Source of the DNA: an uncultured Candidatus Saccharibacteria bacterium | GTDB lineage: Bacteria; Patescibacteriota; Minisyncoccia; Minisyncoccales; GWA2-38-27 | Length of the DNA stretch: 64,000 bases | Reading direction: 5' to 3' | NCBI GenBank assembly: GCA_964506305.1 | Contig: CAZDKD010000001.1 | Location: 8,031-72,030 of the forward strand | In this document: positions 8,514 to 16,497 of the stretch, in pieces | Layout of the letters: the number at the start of each line of letters is the position of its first letter | Position numbering within the stretch: position 1 is the first letter of the stretch | Program-made: the position numbers and the translations under genes | Notes under the pieces: generated by a model | What the model saw: only the letters and a program-made list of their open reading frames with translations | Databases searched by the model: none | Told to the model about the DNA's origin: nothing

Positions 8514-8849
8514 TTAAGATAATTTTGACTCATCTTTTTTCCTTGACTCTAATTGATCAATCTGCACTCGGCAGGATTCAGAGAGAATGTAGTAGAAAAC
8601 TGCTTGGGCAAACATGTGGTTTAGGCCTTTTTCATCAGCCCATTCTTTTATCTGGCTTAGTCGTTTTTCTTCAATTTCAGGTCTTAGGATTGGTTGTTGA
8701 CCCTGAAGATTTTTACACTCTTCTACTTTTTTAGCTAGATCCATCCTTTCGGCCAAAAGATCAATTATTTGCTTGTCCACTTTTTTGATTCGAATTCCCA
8801 AATCCTCTAAACTTAATCCTTCATCCCTGTTCTCTGTTTTCTTATTCAT
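8514..8849 (-). CDS. chorismate mutase (AroQ class)
   Basis: LEDLGIRIKKVDKQIIDLLAERMDLAKKV...RPEIEEKRL helix pattern of AroQ chorismate mutases. Confidence 0.7.
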   Translation of the reverse strand: MNKKTENRDEGLSLEDLGIRIKKVDKQIIDLLAERMDLAKKVEECKNLQGQQPILRPEIEEKRLSQIKEWADEKGLNHMFAQAVFYYILSESCRVQIDQLESRKKDESKLS

Positions 8850-9033
8850 AATTCACCTCATTTCTTTTTAACTTATTAAAGATCTAATTAATTTCCTTAT
8901 CGAGCTTATATTATTTTGTCTTTTTTGTCAATTATTAAAGTTGACAAATTTTGTTATTATGTTAAAGTTCAGCAGTAAATTGTTTTTTGAAAATTGAATA
9001 ATTAAAAACTAAGTTTAAGAAAAGGAGAACGAA

Positions 9034-10104
9034 ATGAGTATTTCTGACAGGGTAAAATTGACTGATATGACGAGAAGCAGAGGAAGAGGAGTAATTGAAA
9101 AACTGTATCGAATGTTTTATTTGCAGGGACCAGGCGCTGGAACGTTTCTAGGGCTTCCTTTTGACCAGTTGGTTGAACACGGGCCCGGCCACGAATTTAA
9201 ATGGGAACATTGCGCTAAACCACGGTCAGTAATAGAATTAGCCAATCGGGGCAGAGAATATTTTTCAGCTCTAGTGTTATCCATAGGCCAGGCTCAGAAG
9301 TATCAGCACGATATTGACCATGCTATTCCCTTGATAGTAAAATTGGACGGTCATTTCTATACCGGCAAAGCTAACCAAGTTAATTATCCCCGGCACACTA
9401 TGTTTGGTTCGGTAGAAGATGCTTTGAAAATGGGAGCTTGTGCTGTAGGATTGAGTTTTTATCTGGGTTCAGAGCAAACCGGAGAAGACGTAGAAAGAAT
9501 AGCTTTTATAAGAGAGGAAGCTCACAATAACGGTTTGCCTCTGGTTTTATGGAGTTATCCTCGAGGACCTTTATTCGATACTATTCAGGCAAATAGTTTA
9601 TTGTCTTGCCATTACGCTGTTTCGGCTGCCGAGTCGTTAGGAGCTGATGTGGTAAAAACAAAATTTCCTAGCGTGGTCGCGCCAAAGTGCAGGGATGCCT
9701 ATGAGAAATTTATCAAAGAAGAATATTCTAAAAAGATCCCCGAGGCAACTAGGTATCTGGAGTTTGAGCCCGGAAAGAAAAAATTAGCAGCTTACGAAAA
9801 AAGAATGGAAGAAAAAGATAAAAATCCGAATTTTGATTCTCTTCTTGACAGGGCCCGGCATATTGAAAGAGCAAGAATAGTTGTCAGAGCCGCAACCAGA
9901 ACATTTGTAATATTTTCCGGAGGGCCCAGAACAACAGGTAGTGCAAAATCTGATTTAACCAAAAGTACTGAGATAATTATGGAAGCAGACGGCGAGGGAA
10001 GAATTATTGGCAGAAACCTCTGGGGAATCCCGGTTGAAGAAGGTCTTAAATTAGCGAAAGCTGTAACTGAGGTTATGCAAAAGGACGGATTTAAGAGATG
10101 GTGA
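9034..10104 (+). CDS. fbaB: class I fructose-bisphosphate aldolase, DhnA/FbaB type
   Basis: Blocks LPFDQLVEHGPG, IPLIVKLDGH, VEDALKMGACAVGLSFYLGSE, LVLWSYPRG, LGADVVKTK align with E. coli FbaB (350 aa). Confidence 0.8.
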   Translation: MSISDRVKLTDMTRSRGRGVIEKLYRMFYLQGPGAGTFLGLPFDQLVEHGPGHEFKWEHCAKPRSVIELANRGREYFSALVLSIGQAQKYQHDIDHAIPLIVKLDGHFYTGKANQVNYPRHTMFGSVEDALKMGACAVGLSFYLGSEQTGEDVERIAFIREEAHNNGLPLVLWSYPRGPLFDTIQANSLLSCHYAVSAAESLGADVVKTKFPSVVAPKCRDAYEKFIKEEYSKKIPEATRYLEFEPGKKKLAAYEKRMEEKDKNPNFDSLLDRARHIERARIVVRAATRTFVIFSGGPRTTGSAKSDLTKSTEIIMEADGEGRIIGRNLWGIPVEEGLKLAKAVTEVMQKDGFKRW

Positions 10105-10120
10105 ATTTTTTAAAAACAAA

Positions 10121-10148
10121 AAGCGCCCCGTCAAGACGGAGCGCTTTT
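10121..10148 (+). terminator. intrinsic terminator
   Basis: AAGCGCCCCGTC-aa-GACGGAGCGCTTTT; near-identical copy at 16384-16413. Confidence 0.65.
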
Positions 10149-10152
10149 ATTC

Positions 10153-10180
10153 TTGACAAGACTTCATCGCTTGCTAAAAT
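10153..10180 (+). promoter_or_regulatory. U1 promoter TTGACA-16-TAAAAT
   Basis: ttgacaagacttcatcgcttgctaaaat. Confidence 0.5.
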
Positions 10181-10381
10181 AAAAGTAGTTCTTTGTTTTG
10201 TAAAAGAGAAGAGAGCCTTTTCAAAAACTTATTAAGATCAGGTTTAAGAGGGATTTACTCCCTATTATTTGTGGTGAATTTGAAAAATTGTTGATTCACA
10301 GCTCCCTCTATTTTGAGGTAAAATGAGCTCAAAAGTTTAAAAATTCTATTTACAGGCTCTCTTCTCTCTATTTGCTCTTTT

Positions 10382-10406
10382 AAAGAGGCTTAATTTAAGC
10401 CTCTTT
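10382..10406 (+). terminator. U1 terminator
   Basis: AAAGAGGCTTAA-t-TTAAGCCTCTTT. Confidence 0.5.
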
Positions 10407-10410
10407 GTTC

Positions 10411-10439
10411 TTGACAGATTCTTTTGATTGTCTTAGAAT
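10411..10439 (+). promoter_or_regulatory. U2 promoter TTGACA-17-TAGAAT
   Basis: ttgacagattcttttgattgtcttagaat. Confidence 0.5.
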
Positions 10440-10580
10440 AAAGGAAGTTTTGTGATAGAAAAGAGAGTCCCTGAAGAAAATTTTTGTGAAAAGAGTAAGG
10501 ATACTCATATCTCCTTTCTTTTTTAACCGGGAACTCGTTGTTTCCATCTTCATACTCTCTTCTCTTTCTTTTGTTCTTTC

Positions 10581-10609
10581 AAAGACCCCGCCTTGGCAGG
10601 GTCTTTTTT
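10581..10609 (+). terminator. U2 terminator
   Basis: AAAGACCCCGCC-ttgg-CAGGGTCTTTTTT. Confidence 0.55.
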
Positions 10610-10644
10610 AAATCAACTAGCAGGGGGACCGGGTTTTTTAAACC

Positions 10645-10672
10645 TTGACAAGATTTTTTAATTATGTAATAT
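10645..10672 (+). promoter_or_regulatory. U3 promoter TTGACA-16-TAATAT (near-identical to U5 promoter)
   Basis: ttgacaagattttttaattatgtaatat vs ttgacaagattttttaattatgctaaggt at 11289. Confidence 0.5.
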
Positions 10673-10848
10673 AAAAATTAGTTGTTTTAAAATATAAATA
10701 TTCCGGAAAGTTGGGGCTAGTCCTCCAATAGCAGGGCAGCGGTTTCGTCGGAAGACCGTGGTAAGAAGCTGGCGCGCTTATATTTGTGCCAGTCAACCCG
10801 CTAACAACTAGTTGGCAAACAATTTTTCAAGAAAGAAAGGTGGCTATT

Positions 10849-11043
10849 ATGAATAGTCCGATGAGTCCAAGAGGCCCGATGGGTCCGATGACAGCGAATA
10901 ATCTCTCGAATTGCCTTCAAGCTACGAAGGGTCCAATAATTCGTAAGAACTCTGCTGTCTACCAAGATGTAATTGGAAGAAGCCAGAAGATTCGTTTGAT
11001 GCCGGGTGAGGCCCAAGTGCTAAGGATGAAGTACGGTAAGTAG
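10849..11043 (+). CDS. 65-aa ORF with good RBS whose C-terminus resembles sigma-70 region 4.1 but lacks the 4.2 HTH
   Basis: RBS GAAAGGTGG 7 nt before ATG; ...IRLMPGEAQVLRMKYGK stop, compare RpoD LTAREAKVLRMRFG; may be fragment or decoy; weak. Confidence 0.2.
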   Translation: MNSPMSPRGPMGPMTANNLSNCLQATKGPIIRKNSAVYQDVIGRSQKIRLMPGEAQVLRMKYGK

Positions 11044-11065
11044 GCATGAAAATGCCAATAAGCAA

Positions 11066-11096
11066 AACGGAAGAGAAAATTCTCTTCCGTTTTTTA
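11066..11096 (+). terminator. U3 terminator
   Basis: AACGGAAGAGA-aaat-TCTCTTCCGTTTTTT. Confidence 0.55.
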
Positions 11097-11112
11097 TTAT
11101 TGAAGTTGAAGT

Positions 11113-11140
11113 TGACAATTTTTTTGGTTGTATTAAGATA
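11113..11140 (+). promoter_or_regulatory. U4 promoter TTGACA-16-TAAGAT
   Basis: ttgacaatttttttggttgtattaagat. Confidence 0.45.
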
Positions 11141-11288
11141 AATTCGTTTAAATATTATTGAGGGAGGGGAGTCCATTTCTAAGGGGGCGCTATCGCTACG
11201 GCTGCCTAATCTCCCTTTCCTCTATATTGTTCTTTTAAAGTTGAAAGGAGAGAGAAAATAAACCTTCAGCTAAAAAGTGCAATAGGGG

Positions 11289-11317
11289 TTGACAAGATTT
11301 TTTAATTATGCTAAGGT
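11289..11317 (+). promoter_or_regulatory. U5 promoter TTGACA-17-TAAGGT
   Basis: ttgacaagattttttaattatgctaaggt. Confidence 0.4.
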
Positions 11318-11545
11318 GTATTTATTGGATTTCATTATATATACAGTAAGAGGAAAGAGAACCTCTGGGATGTGAGACCTGATGGCAACCCGAAAGAAGT
11401 CCAAACAGGGCAATTCTATATTCTCTTTCCTCTACTTGTTAGTTCTTTATACCAATGCTTTTCATGGATGATGAGAGAGTTGCTTAATGGATTAAGTAAT
11501 TGGACTCGCTTTTTTAAAAAAAAGCGAGCCGACCAATTTACATTT

Positions 11546-11563
11546 TGCGAATGCGCGCATTCG
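11546..11563. repeat. perfect 18-bp palindrome GCGAATGCGCGCATTCGC
   Basis: Self-complementary; GC-rich island in AT-rich spacer; candidate operator or hairpin. Confidence 0.5.
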
Positions 11564-11599
11564 CCACTGCTATGCTCTCTTTCACATCCTTTATTCTTT

Positions 11600-11630
11600 A
11601 AAGACCCAAAACAATTTGGGTCTTTTCTTT
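11600..11630 (+). terminator. U5 terminator
   Basis: AAAGACCCAAA-acaa-TTTGGGTCTTTTCTTTTTT. Confidence 0.55.
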
Positions 11631-11817
11631 TTTCAAGAAATATATTAAGATAAATAAGACACGGGAAAAGAGAGTTTTGAAGACAAAATTAAAAGTTAAT
11701 ATCGGCTCTTCGTCTACAACGTTCTCAATGGTGAAACTTGTACATTTTTAAGCATGGAAACTCGTTGTTTCCAACTTCATACTCTCTTTTCCATTTATAG
11801 TTCTTTTGAGCCTAATT

Positions 11818-11836
11818 TTATTAGGCTCTTTTTTTT
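11818..11836 (+). terminator. U6 terminator
   Basis: GAGCCTAAT-ttt-ATTAGGCTCTTTTTTTT, runs directly into U7 -35. Confidence 0.5.
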
Positions 11837-11863
11837 GACAAATTTTCTGGTTTGATTTAAGAT
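11835..11863 (+). promoter_or_regulatory. U7 promoter TTGACA-17-TAAGAT for S8 peptidase gene
   Basis: ttgacaaattttctggtttgatttaagat. Confidence 0.5.
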
Positions 11864-11971
11864 GGGCCTACCTAAACACCGTCAAGGAAAGAAAGTTCCT
11901 ACCTTCGTCGCTGCGGCTGGTATACTCTCTTTCCTCATTTATTGTTCTTTAAAAATTGAAAGGGGATAGGA

Positions 11972-13093
11972 ATGTTTATCAAACAGAAATTTTTTCAAAA
12001 GGGTATGCTTGTTTTTGCTTTTTTATTGGAGGCTATTAATTTGTGCGGATGTACTAGAAATAAGAAGCCCAAAAGAAAAGTAGTTGTATTTGTGCTGGAT
12101 AGCTTTATAGAAGAAGAGAGCCACGGCGAGCTCGTGGCGGATATAATTGAAGAGAAATCTCTTTCTAAGTGTGAGATAAAAATTATAGATGTTTTCTTTT
12201 CAATAGGAGCAAAAAAGAACAAATATTTAAAGGCCTTAGCAGATGTTTCGGATTATGCAGATAAGCATCCGAATGAAGCAATTGTGGTGAATATAAGTTT
12301 GTGCAGCAAGAATTATAATCTATTAGAGCATTTAATGATTTCAGAGCTTTATGAAAAAGGAGTGATAGTTGTAGCTGCGGCGGGTAATGACGCTACTTCT
12401 AATAGGCGATATCCGGCAGCTTATAGAGAGACAATAGCGGTTGCTGCTTTACATTGGAAAAGGAAAGCTGATTATTCTAACTATGGCAGTCATATTGATT
12501 TAGCTACGTCTGGTTTTGGAAGCGAAAAGTTATTGAAAAAAGAAACATCTGGAGGAGGCCTTTTTATAGAGGAAACGAAGTATTACAGCGTAAGAGGCGG
12601 AACATCGTTTGCAACGCCAAGAGTTGCTGGCTTAATCGCTTATTTATTAAGGCAGAGGCCAGAGCTAAGCCCTAGAGAGATAGTTCATCTTGTAAAAGAA
12701 AATGCTACTCCTGTAAAGGACAAATTTGGGCGTTGTGGACTATTAGGCGCGAGAATCAATCCTTACGGCACTATCTTTGCTGTTGATCCTGTTTACCAAC
12801 GAGCCCTCGTTTTTCAAATTGCTTCCATTGTTGCAGTGTTAATTTTTTGGATTTTTTGCGATAGATTCTTTGATGCCAATGGCGGATTATTTTTTACAGG
12901 TTTGTTGCTATTCGGATTATTGCTAATAGCAGCAAATATTATTCTTATTCAGGCCTGGAATATCATATACGGCACTATTGCAGGCAGCACATTAATTTTA
13001 TTGGCTGGTCTTTGCCTTCCCATGATGTACTCTTTTAATAAAAAGAAAAAAGAAAAGGAAAAAATGGAAAGGCTTGGCGAATTTGAAACTTAA
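11972..13093 (+). CDS. subtilisin-like serine peptidase (S8) with C-terminal membrane anchor
   Basis: Asp block VVFVLDS, His block SHGELVADII, Ser block GGTSFATPRVAG; C-terminal TM helices. Confidence 0.8.
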   Translation: MFIKQKFFQKGMLVFAFLLEAINLCGCTRNKKPKRKVVVFVLDSFIEEESHGELVADIIEEKSLSKCEIKIIDVFFSIGAKKNKYLKALADVSDYADKHPNEAIVVNISLCSKNYNLLEHLMISELYEKGVIVVAAAGNDATSNRRYPAAYRETIAVAALHWKRKADYSNYGSHIDLATSGFGSEKLLKKETSGGGLFIEETKYYSVRGGTSFATPRVAGLIAYLLRQRPELSPREIVHLVKENATPVKDKFGRCGLLGARINPYGTIFAVDPVYQRALVFQIASIVAVLIFWIFCDRFFDANGGLFFTGLLLFGLLLIAANIILIQAWNIIYGTIAGSTLILLAGLCLPMMYSFNKKKKEKEKMERLGEFET

Positions 13094-13121
13094 AGCGGAG
13101 AATAATTCTCCGCTTTTTTTT
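13094..13121 (+). terminator. intrinsic terminator
   Basis: AGCGGAGAAT-a-ATTCTCCGCTTTTTTTT. Confidence 0.65.
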
Positions 13122-13203
13122 ATTTTAGCTTGAAAATAACCCAAAAAAGAGTTAGATTAAAAGTGGAAAAATTTCTTAAAAACTCAAATAATAAAATAAA
13201 AAC

Positions 13204-13716
13204 ATGAACATAACTTTAATTGGTATGGCAGGTGTAGGTAAAAGTTCTGTAGGAAAAAAGTTGGCAAAAAAATTAAACTATAAGTTTCTGGATATAGATA
13301 AAATAATTGAAAAGAGGACCAAGTTAAGGTTGCAACAAATAATAGATAATTTTGGAGAGGACAGGCTTTTAAAGATTGAAGAAGAAATGATTTTAGGATT
13401 AGGCGAACTTAATAATTGTATAATCTCTCCAGGAGGCAGTGCGATATATTCAACAAAAGCAATGGAAGCTCTTAAGAAAAAATCTGTTATTGTTTTTTTG
13501 AATACCCCATTTAAAAACATAGAAAGAGTGATTACAGAACGAGAGAAAAAAACGAGAGGGATTGTTGGATTAAAAAAGAAAAGCTTAAAAGCTCTTTTTA
13601 ACGAAAGGTTGGTCCTTTATCGGAAATATGCAGATGTAGTGGTAGAAATATCAGAAAGGTTTAACGCTAAGTTTATTATAAAAGACATAATTCAAAAGAT
13701 AACTCATATAAGTTAA
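13204..13716 (+). CDS. aroK: shikimate kinase
   Basis: Walker A GMAGVGKSSVGKKLA, DID..IEKR, ISPGGS pattern of shikimate kinases. Confidence 0.7.
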   Translation: MNITLIGMAGVGKSSVGKKLAKKLNYKFLDIDKIIEKRTKLRLQQIIDNFGEDRLLKIEEEMILGLGELNNCIISPGGSAIYSTKAMEALKKKSVIVFLNTPFKNIERVITEREKKTRGIVGLKKKSLKALFNERLVLYRKYADVVVEISERFNAKFIIKDIIQKITHIS

Positions 13717-13734
13717 ACCCGAGATAGAAAAATC

Positions 13735-13763
13735 AAAGACCCCGCCAAGGCGGGGCCTTTTTT
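13735..13763 (+). terminator. intrinsic terminator (GC hairpin family)
   Basis: AAAGACCCCGCC-aa-GGCGGGGCCTTTTTT. Confidence 0.65.
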
Positions 13764-13765
13764 AA

Positions 13766-13841
13766 TTGACAAACTCCTAATTCTGTGATATTTTTCATTA
13801 GTGATTAAATGTTCATTTAAAATTTAGAAAGGAGATAGAAA
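13766..13841 (+). promoter_or_regulatory. conserved promoter+5'UTR cassette R5 copy A (TTGACAAACTCCTAATTCTGTGATATTTTTCATTAGT.ATTAAAT.GTTC.TTTAAAA...GGAGAT)
   Basis: -35 TTGACA, extended -10 TGTGATATT, AT-rich UTR, SD GGAGAT; four near-identical copies (13766, 14875, 16419, 17100). Confidence 0.55.
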
Positions 13842-14831
13842 ATGAAAAAGATGATAGAGGTAGGTATTGTAGGATTTGGCAATGTTGGGCGAGGTGTTTT
13901 TAAGGCAGTTGAAAAGAATTCGGACATGGAAGTAGGTGCAATTTTTACACGAAGGCCGGATGTGGTCCGCAAAGAATTAAAAGGGGTTTTTGTTTTTGAC
14001 ACAGAACAAGCTTTTTATACTCCCGGTGCTAGGATTGATGTGATGATTCTTTGTGGGGGATCAAAAGAAGATTTACCGGTTCAGGGGCCAAAGTTTGCCC
14101 AAAAATTTAATACTGTTGACAGTTTTGATACCCATGATGACATTCCTGATTATTTTGAGGCAATGAAACTTTGTTCCGAAGAGGGAAACAACGTATCTGT
14201 TATTTCTGCCGGCTGGGATCCGGGAATTTTTTCTTTAGAGAGAGTTTTTGGAGACGCTTTTCTTCCTCTGGATAATAAAACGTATACTTTTTGGGGAAAG
14301 GGCGTTAGCCAAGGGCATTCGGACGCAGCAAGAAAAGTGAACGGCGTAGCGGACGCCAGGCAATATACGATTCCCTTAGAGAATAGCTTGGAGAAAGTAA
14401 GAAAAGGGGAGAGCCCCACTTTTACCAAGAGGCAAATGCATAAGCGCCTTGTTTACGTTGTTCCTGAAGAAGATGCAGACTTGGAAAGCATTGAAAAGAG
14501 TATAGTATTAATGCCTAATTATTTTAACGAGTATGATACAGAGGTAGTTTTCATTAGTAAAGAAGAAATGAAGAAGAGTCATAGCGATTATACCCATGGA
14601 GGTTTTGTTTTAACATCAGGGGAAACAGGGGAAGGAAATAATCAAATACTGGAATACAAGTGCCATTTGGAAAACAACCCCGAGTTTACAGGAAGTGTTT
14701 TAGCGGCTTGTGCAAGAGCTGCCTCTAAATTAAACAGAGTGGGGAGGAGAGGAGCTTTTACTATGTTAGATATTCCTCCTTGCTATTTAAGCCCCCATTC
14801 TTCATCTTTTTTAAGAAAGAAATTTATGTGA
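13842..14831 (+). CDS. ddh: meso-diaminopimelate D-dehydrogenase
   Basis: Near-colinear match to Corynebacterium Ddh: GIVGFGNVGRGV, DVMILCGGS, GWDPGIFS, TFWGKGVSQGHSDA, RQMHKRLVYVV, NPEFTG, GAFTMLDIPPCYLSP. Confidence 0.85.
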   Translation: MKKMIEVGIVGFGNVGRGVFKAVEKNSDMEVGAIFTRRPDVVRKELKGVFVFDTEQAFYTPGARIDVMILCGGSKEDLPVQGPKFAQKFNTVDSFDTHDDIPDYFEAMKLCSEEGNNVSVISAGWDPGIFSLERVFGDAFLPLDNKTYTFWGKGVSQGHSDAARKVNGVADARQYTIPLENSLEKVRKGESPTFTKRQMHKRLVYVVPEEDADLESIEKSIVLMPNYFNEYDTEVVFISKEEMKKSHSDYTHGGFVLTSGETGEGNNQILEYKCHLENNPEFTGSVLAACARAASKLNRVGRRGAFTMLDIPPCYLSPHSSSFLRKKFM

Positions 14832-14844
14832 TTTAACAATCTTT

Positions 14845-14873
14845 AAGCCCGAGAAAATTCCCGGGCTTTTTTT
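14845..14873 (+). terminator. intrinsic terminator
   Basis: AAGCCCGAG-aaaatt-CCCGGGCTTTTTTT. Confidence 0.6.
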
Positions 14874-14874
14874 A

Positions 14875-14944
14875 TTGACAAACTCCTAATTCTGTGATAT
14901 TTTTCATTAGTAATTAAATAGTTCTTTAAAAAAGGAGATTGATT
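14875..14944 (+). promoter_or_regulatory. promoter+5'UTR cassette R5 copy B
   Basis: ttgacaaactcctaattctgtgatatttttcattagtaattaaatagttctttaaaaaaggagatt, 96% identical to copy A. Confidence 0.55.
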
Positions 14945-15208
14945 ATGAATGACAAACAGATATATCTAGTTATTGGGCTTATTATTTCAACTCTTATATT
15001 TGGTATGGGAGTAAACGCTATAGACAGCACAGTTTCTTCCATGGCAACAAAAAGCCCTGAATCATTAGAAGGTGTAGCAGAAACCTTATTTTTTAAGACA
15101 AGCTTTTCTTTTCAATATCACCTTGGTATGGTTCTGGTTTTCGTTAGCTTTATTTTAACTATCGGAATAATGTTGTGGTATTTTCAGAAAAAACCTACTA
15201 AAGAATAA
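14945..15208 (+). CDS. small membrane protein (start moved to ATG 7 nt after GGAG; track used upstream TTG)
   Basis: Two hydrophobic helices; MNDKQIYLVIGLIIS... Confidence 0.4.
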   Translation: MNDKQIYLVIGLIISTLIFGMGVNAIDSTVSSMATKSPESLEGVAETLFFKTSFSFQYHLGMVLVFVSFILTIGIMLWYFQKKPTKE

Positions 15209-15226
15209 AAATAGAAAGGAGAAGTC

Positions 15227-15847
15227 ATGTTTAAGAAAATTGATTTAGCTGTATTGTGTTTATTGTTAATGATTGCTGGGTGTGCTCAGTATGATGCAAC
15301 AAGTAATGTTAACGCTTATAGCAAGCTGCGTATATCTGAAGTCCGTTTTCCTCCTCCCGTAGGGTCTGTTTCTAATATTTCCTTAGGGCCTATTTCTTTA
15401 GGCTTTGGAGATTCTTCAGTAGAGGGCTATACAAGAGGGTGGTTTGTGATGTCCCAAGGCGGATATGGAGGTAGTTATATCACAACATCCCCCTTAGAAG
15501 GCATTCATTTAGCGTGTACATACAACGGTTTAAGCTTTATCAAAATAGGATGGGGTTGGAAGGGATCGACAGACAGAGGAATAAAGCTGGGTTCAACGAA
15601 AAAAAAGGTTAAAAAGGCTTATCCGGAAACAACCTCTGATTTCCTTGGTAATTTAGTATGGAAAATAGACAAAATAGATAACTCTGTGCCAGATAGTCCG
15701 GCCAAGTGGTGCGTAAGAGACCAAATAACCTTTGAGTTTATATTTGATAGGCTTTCTGGTATAAGAATAAACAGAAAAAAAGGCTATATTTATAAGGGAA
15801 AATTTACAATGGATTTTCAAAAAGTAGCTTCTGGGACGGATTGGTAA
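15227..15847 (+). CDS. putative lipoprotein
   Basis: Signal peptide with LMIAGCAQ lipobox; RBS AGGAGAAG. Confidence 0.5.
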   Translation: MFKKIDLAVLCLLLMIAGCAQYDATSNVNAYSKLRISEVRFPPPVGSVSNISLGPISLGFGDSSVEGYTRGWFVMSQGGYGGSYITTSPLEGIHLACTYNGLSFIKIGWGWKGSTDRGIKLGSTKKKVKKAYPETTSDFLGNLVWKIDKIDNSVPDSPAKWCVRDQITFEFIFDRLSGIRINRKKGYIYKGKFTMDFQKVASGTDW

Positions 15848-15856
15848 TAGCTTTAT

Positions 15857-15885
15857 AAGGCCCAACTTATGTTGGGTCTTTTTTA
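15857..15885 (+). terminator. intrinsic terminator
   Basis: AAGGCCCAAC-ttat-GTTGGGTCTTTTTT. Confidence 0.55.
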
Positions 15886-15896
15886 TTGCCTCCTAC

Positions 15897-15960
15897 TCCG
15901 TCCCGCTGAAAGCGGGACGGGGTTTATTATGCGACAGAGGTTTCGGGGAAATTTTGGATT
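15897..15960 (+). repeat. GC hairpin (GTCCCGC-tgaaa-GCGGGAC) + TTATTATGCGACAGAGGTTTCGGGGAAA element; second copy at 17016-17085
   Basis: 17016: CCCCTGCCCCCGCGGGGGCAGGGG then GTTATTATGCGACAGGGATTTTAGGGAAA. Confidence 0.45.
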
Positions 15961-16014
15961 GATTTTTGCTTAGAAAAGAGTTAGGGTGGAAAATAGAAAT
16001 AAAAAACAAAAACT

Positions 16015-16332
16015 ATGAATGAATTAAATGATCAAAATTTTGAAGAAGAAGTTATAAAAAGCGAAAAACCGGTTTTAGTGGATTTTTGGAGTCCAACCTG
16101 TCCTCCTTGTGTAATATTAGGGCCAATTATTGAGGAGATTGCTAAAGATTTTGAAGGGAAGGCAAAGGTTGGAAAATTAAATGTGATGGAAAACCCAGAA
16201 ACTGCTGGAAAATATAAAATTGTTGGCATTCCAACTATTATCATTTTCAAAAATGGAGAACCAATAGAAAGAGCAACCGGACTGCGCCCCAAAGAGGCAA
16301 TCGCAGATAAACTTAATTCTATAATATCCTAA
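16015..16332 (+). CDS. trxA: thioredoxin
   Basis: VLVDFWSPTCPPC active-site region (CxxC), KYKIVGIPTIIIFKNGEP. Confidence 0.75.
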   Translation: MNELNDQNFEEEVIKSEKPVLVDFWSPTCPPCVILGPIIEEIAKDFEGKAKVGKLNVMENPETAGKYKIVGIPTIIIFKNGEPIERATGLRPKEAIADKLNSIIS

Positions 16333-16383
16333 GCCACGGAAGGATGTTTAAAACTCCGTAAAAATTAAACCAATAATATCAAA

Positions 16384-16413
16384 AAACGCTCCGCCAAGAC
16401 GGAGCGCTTTTTG
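16384..16413 (+). terminator. intrinsic terminator (copy of 10121 terminator)
   Basis: AACGCTCCGCC-aa-GACGGAGCGCTTTTT. Confidence 0.65.
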
Positions 16414-16418
16414 TTTTA

Positions 16419-16497
16419 TTGACAAATTCATAATTTCGTGATATTTTTCACTAGCGTATTAAACAAACAGTTCTTTGAAAATTGAAAGGAGATTGAA
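16419..16497 (+). promoter_or_regulatory. promoter+5'UTR cassette R5 copy C (more diverged)
   Basis: ttgacaaattcataatttcgtgatatttttcactagcgtattaaacaaacagttctttgaaaattgaaaggagattgaa. Confidence 0.5.

Larger units (their letters stand above)
10143..11971 (+). repeat. tandem array of ~7 short promoter-driven non-coding units (U1-U7), most with a 5' purine arm (GAGGAAAGAGAG-like), a 3' complementary pyrimidine arm (CTCTCTTTCCTC-like), a TTGTTCTTTAAAG tail and their own terminator; only U7 leads into a gene
   Basis: Promoters TTGACA-16/17-TAnnAT at 10153, 10411, 10645, 11113, 11289, 11835; arm pairs 10204-10217/10355-10368, 10458-10468/10555-10565, 11160-11171/11211-11222, 11350-11361/11421-11432, 11664-11675/11781-11792; shared hairpin GGAACTCGTTGTTTCC at 10529 and 11757. 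Confidence 0.55.

Noticed and set aside
10786-11043. Longer 85-aa version of the U3 ORF
   Set aside because: The upstream ATG lacks an RBS. The internal ATG at 10849 has GAAAGGTGG at the correct spacing, so the shorter version was used, itself at low confidence.
11372-11653. 93-aa ORF in the six-frame track
   Set aside because: It spans promoter-proximal arms, pyrimidine tracts, a palindrome and a terminator of array unit U5. It has no RBS and low-complexity composition, so it is most likely non-coding.
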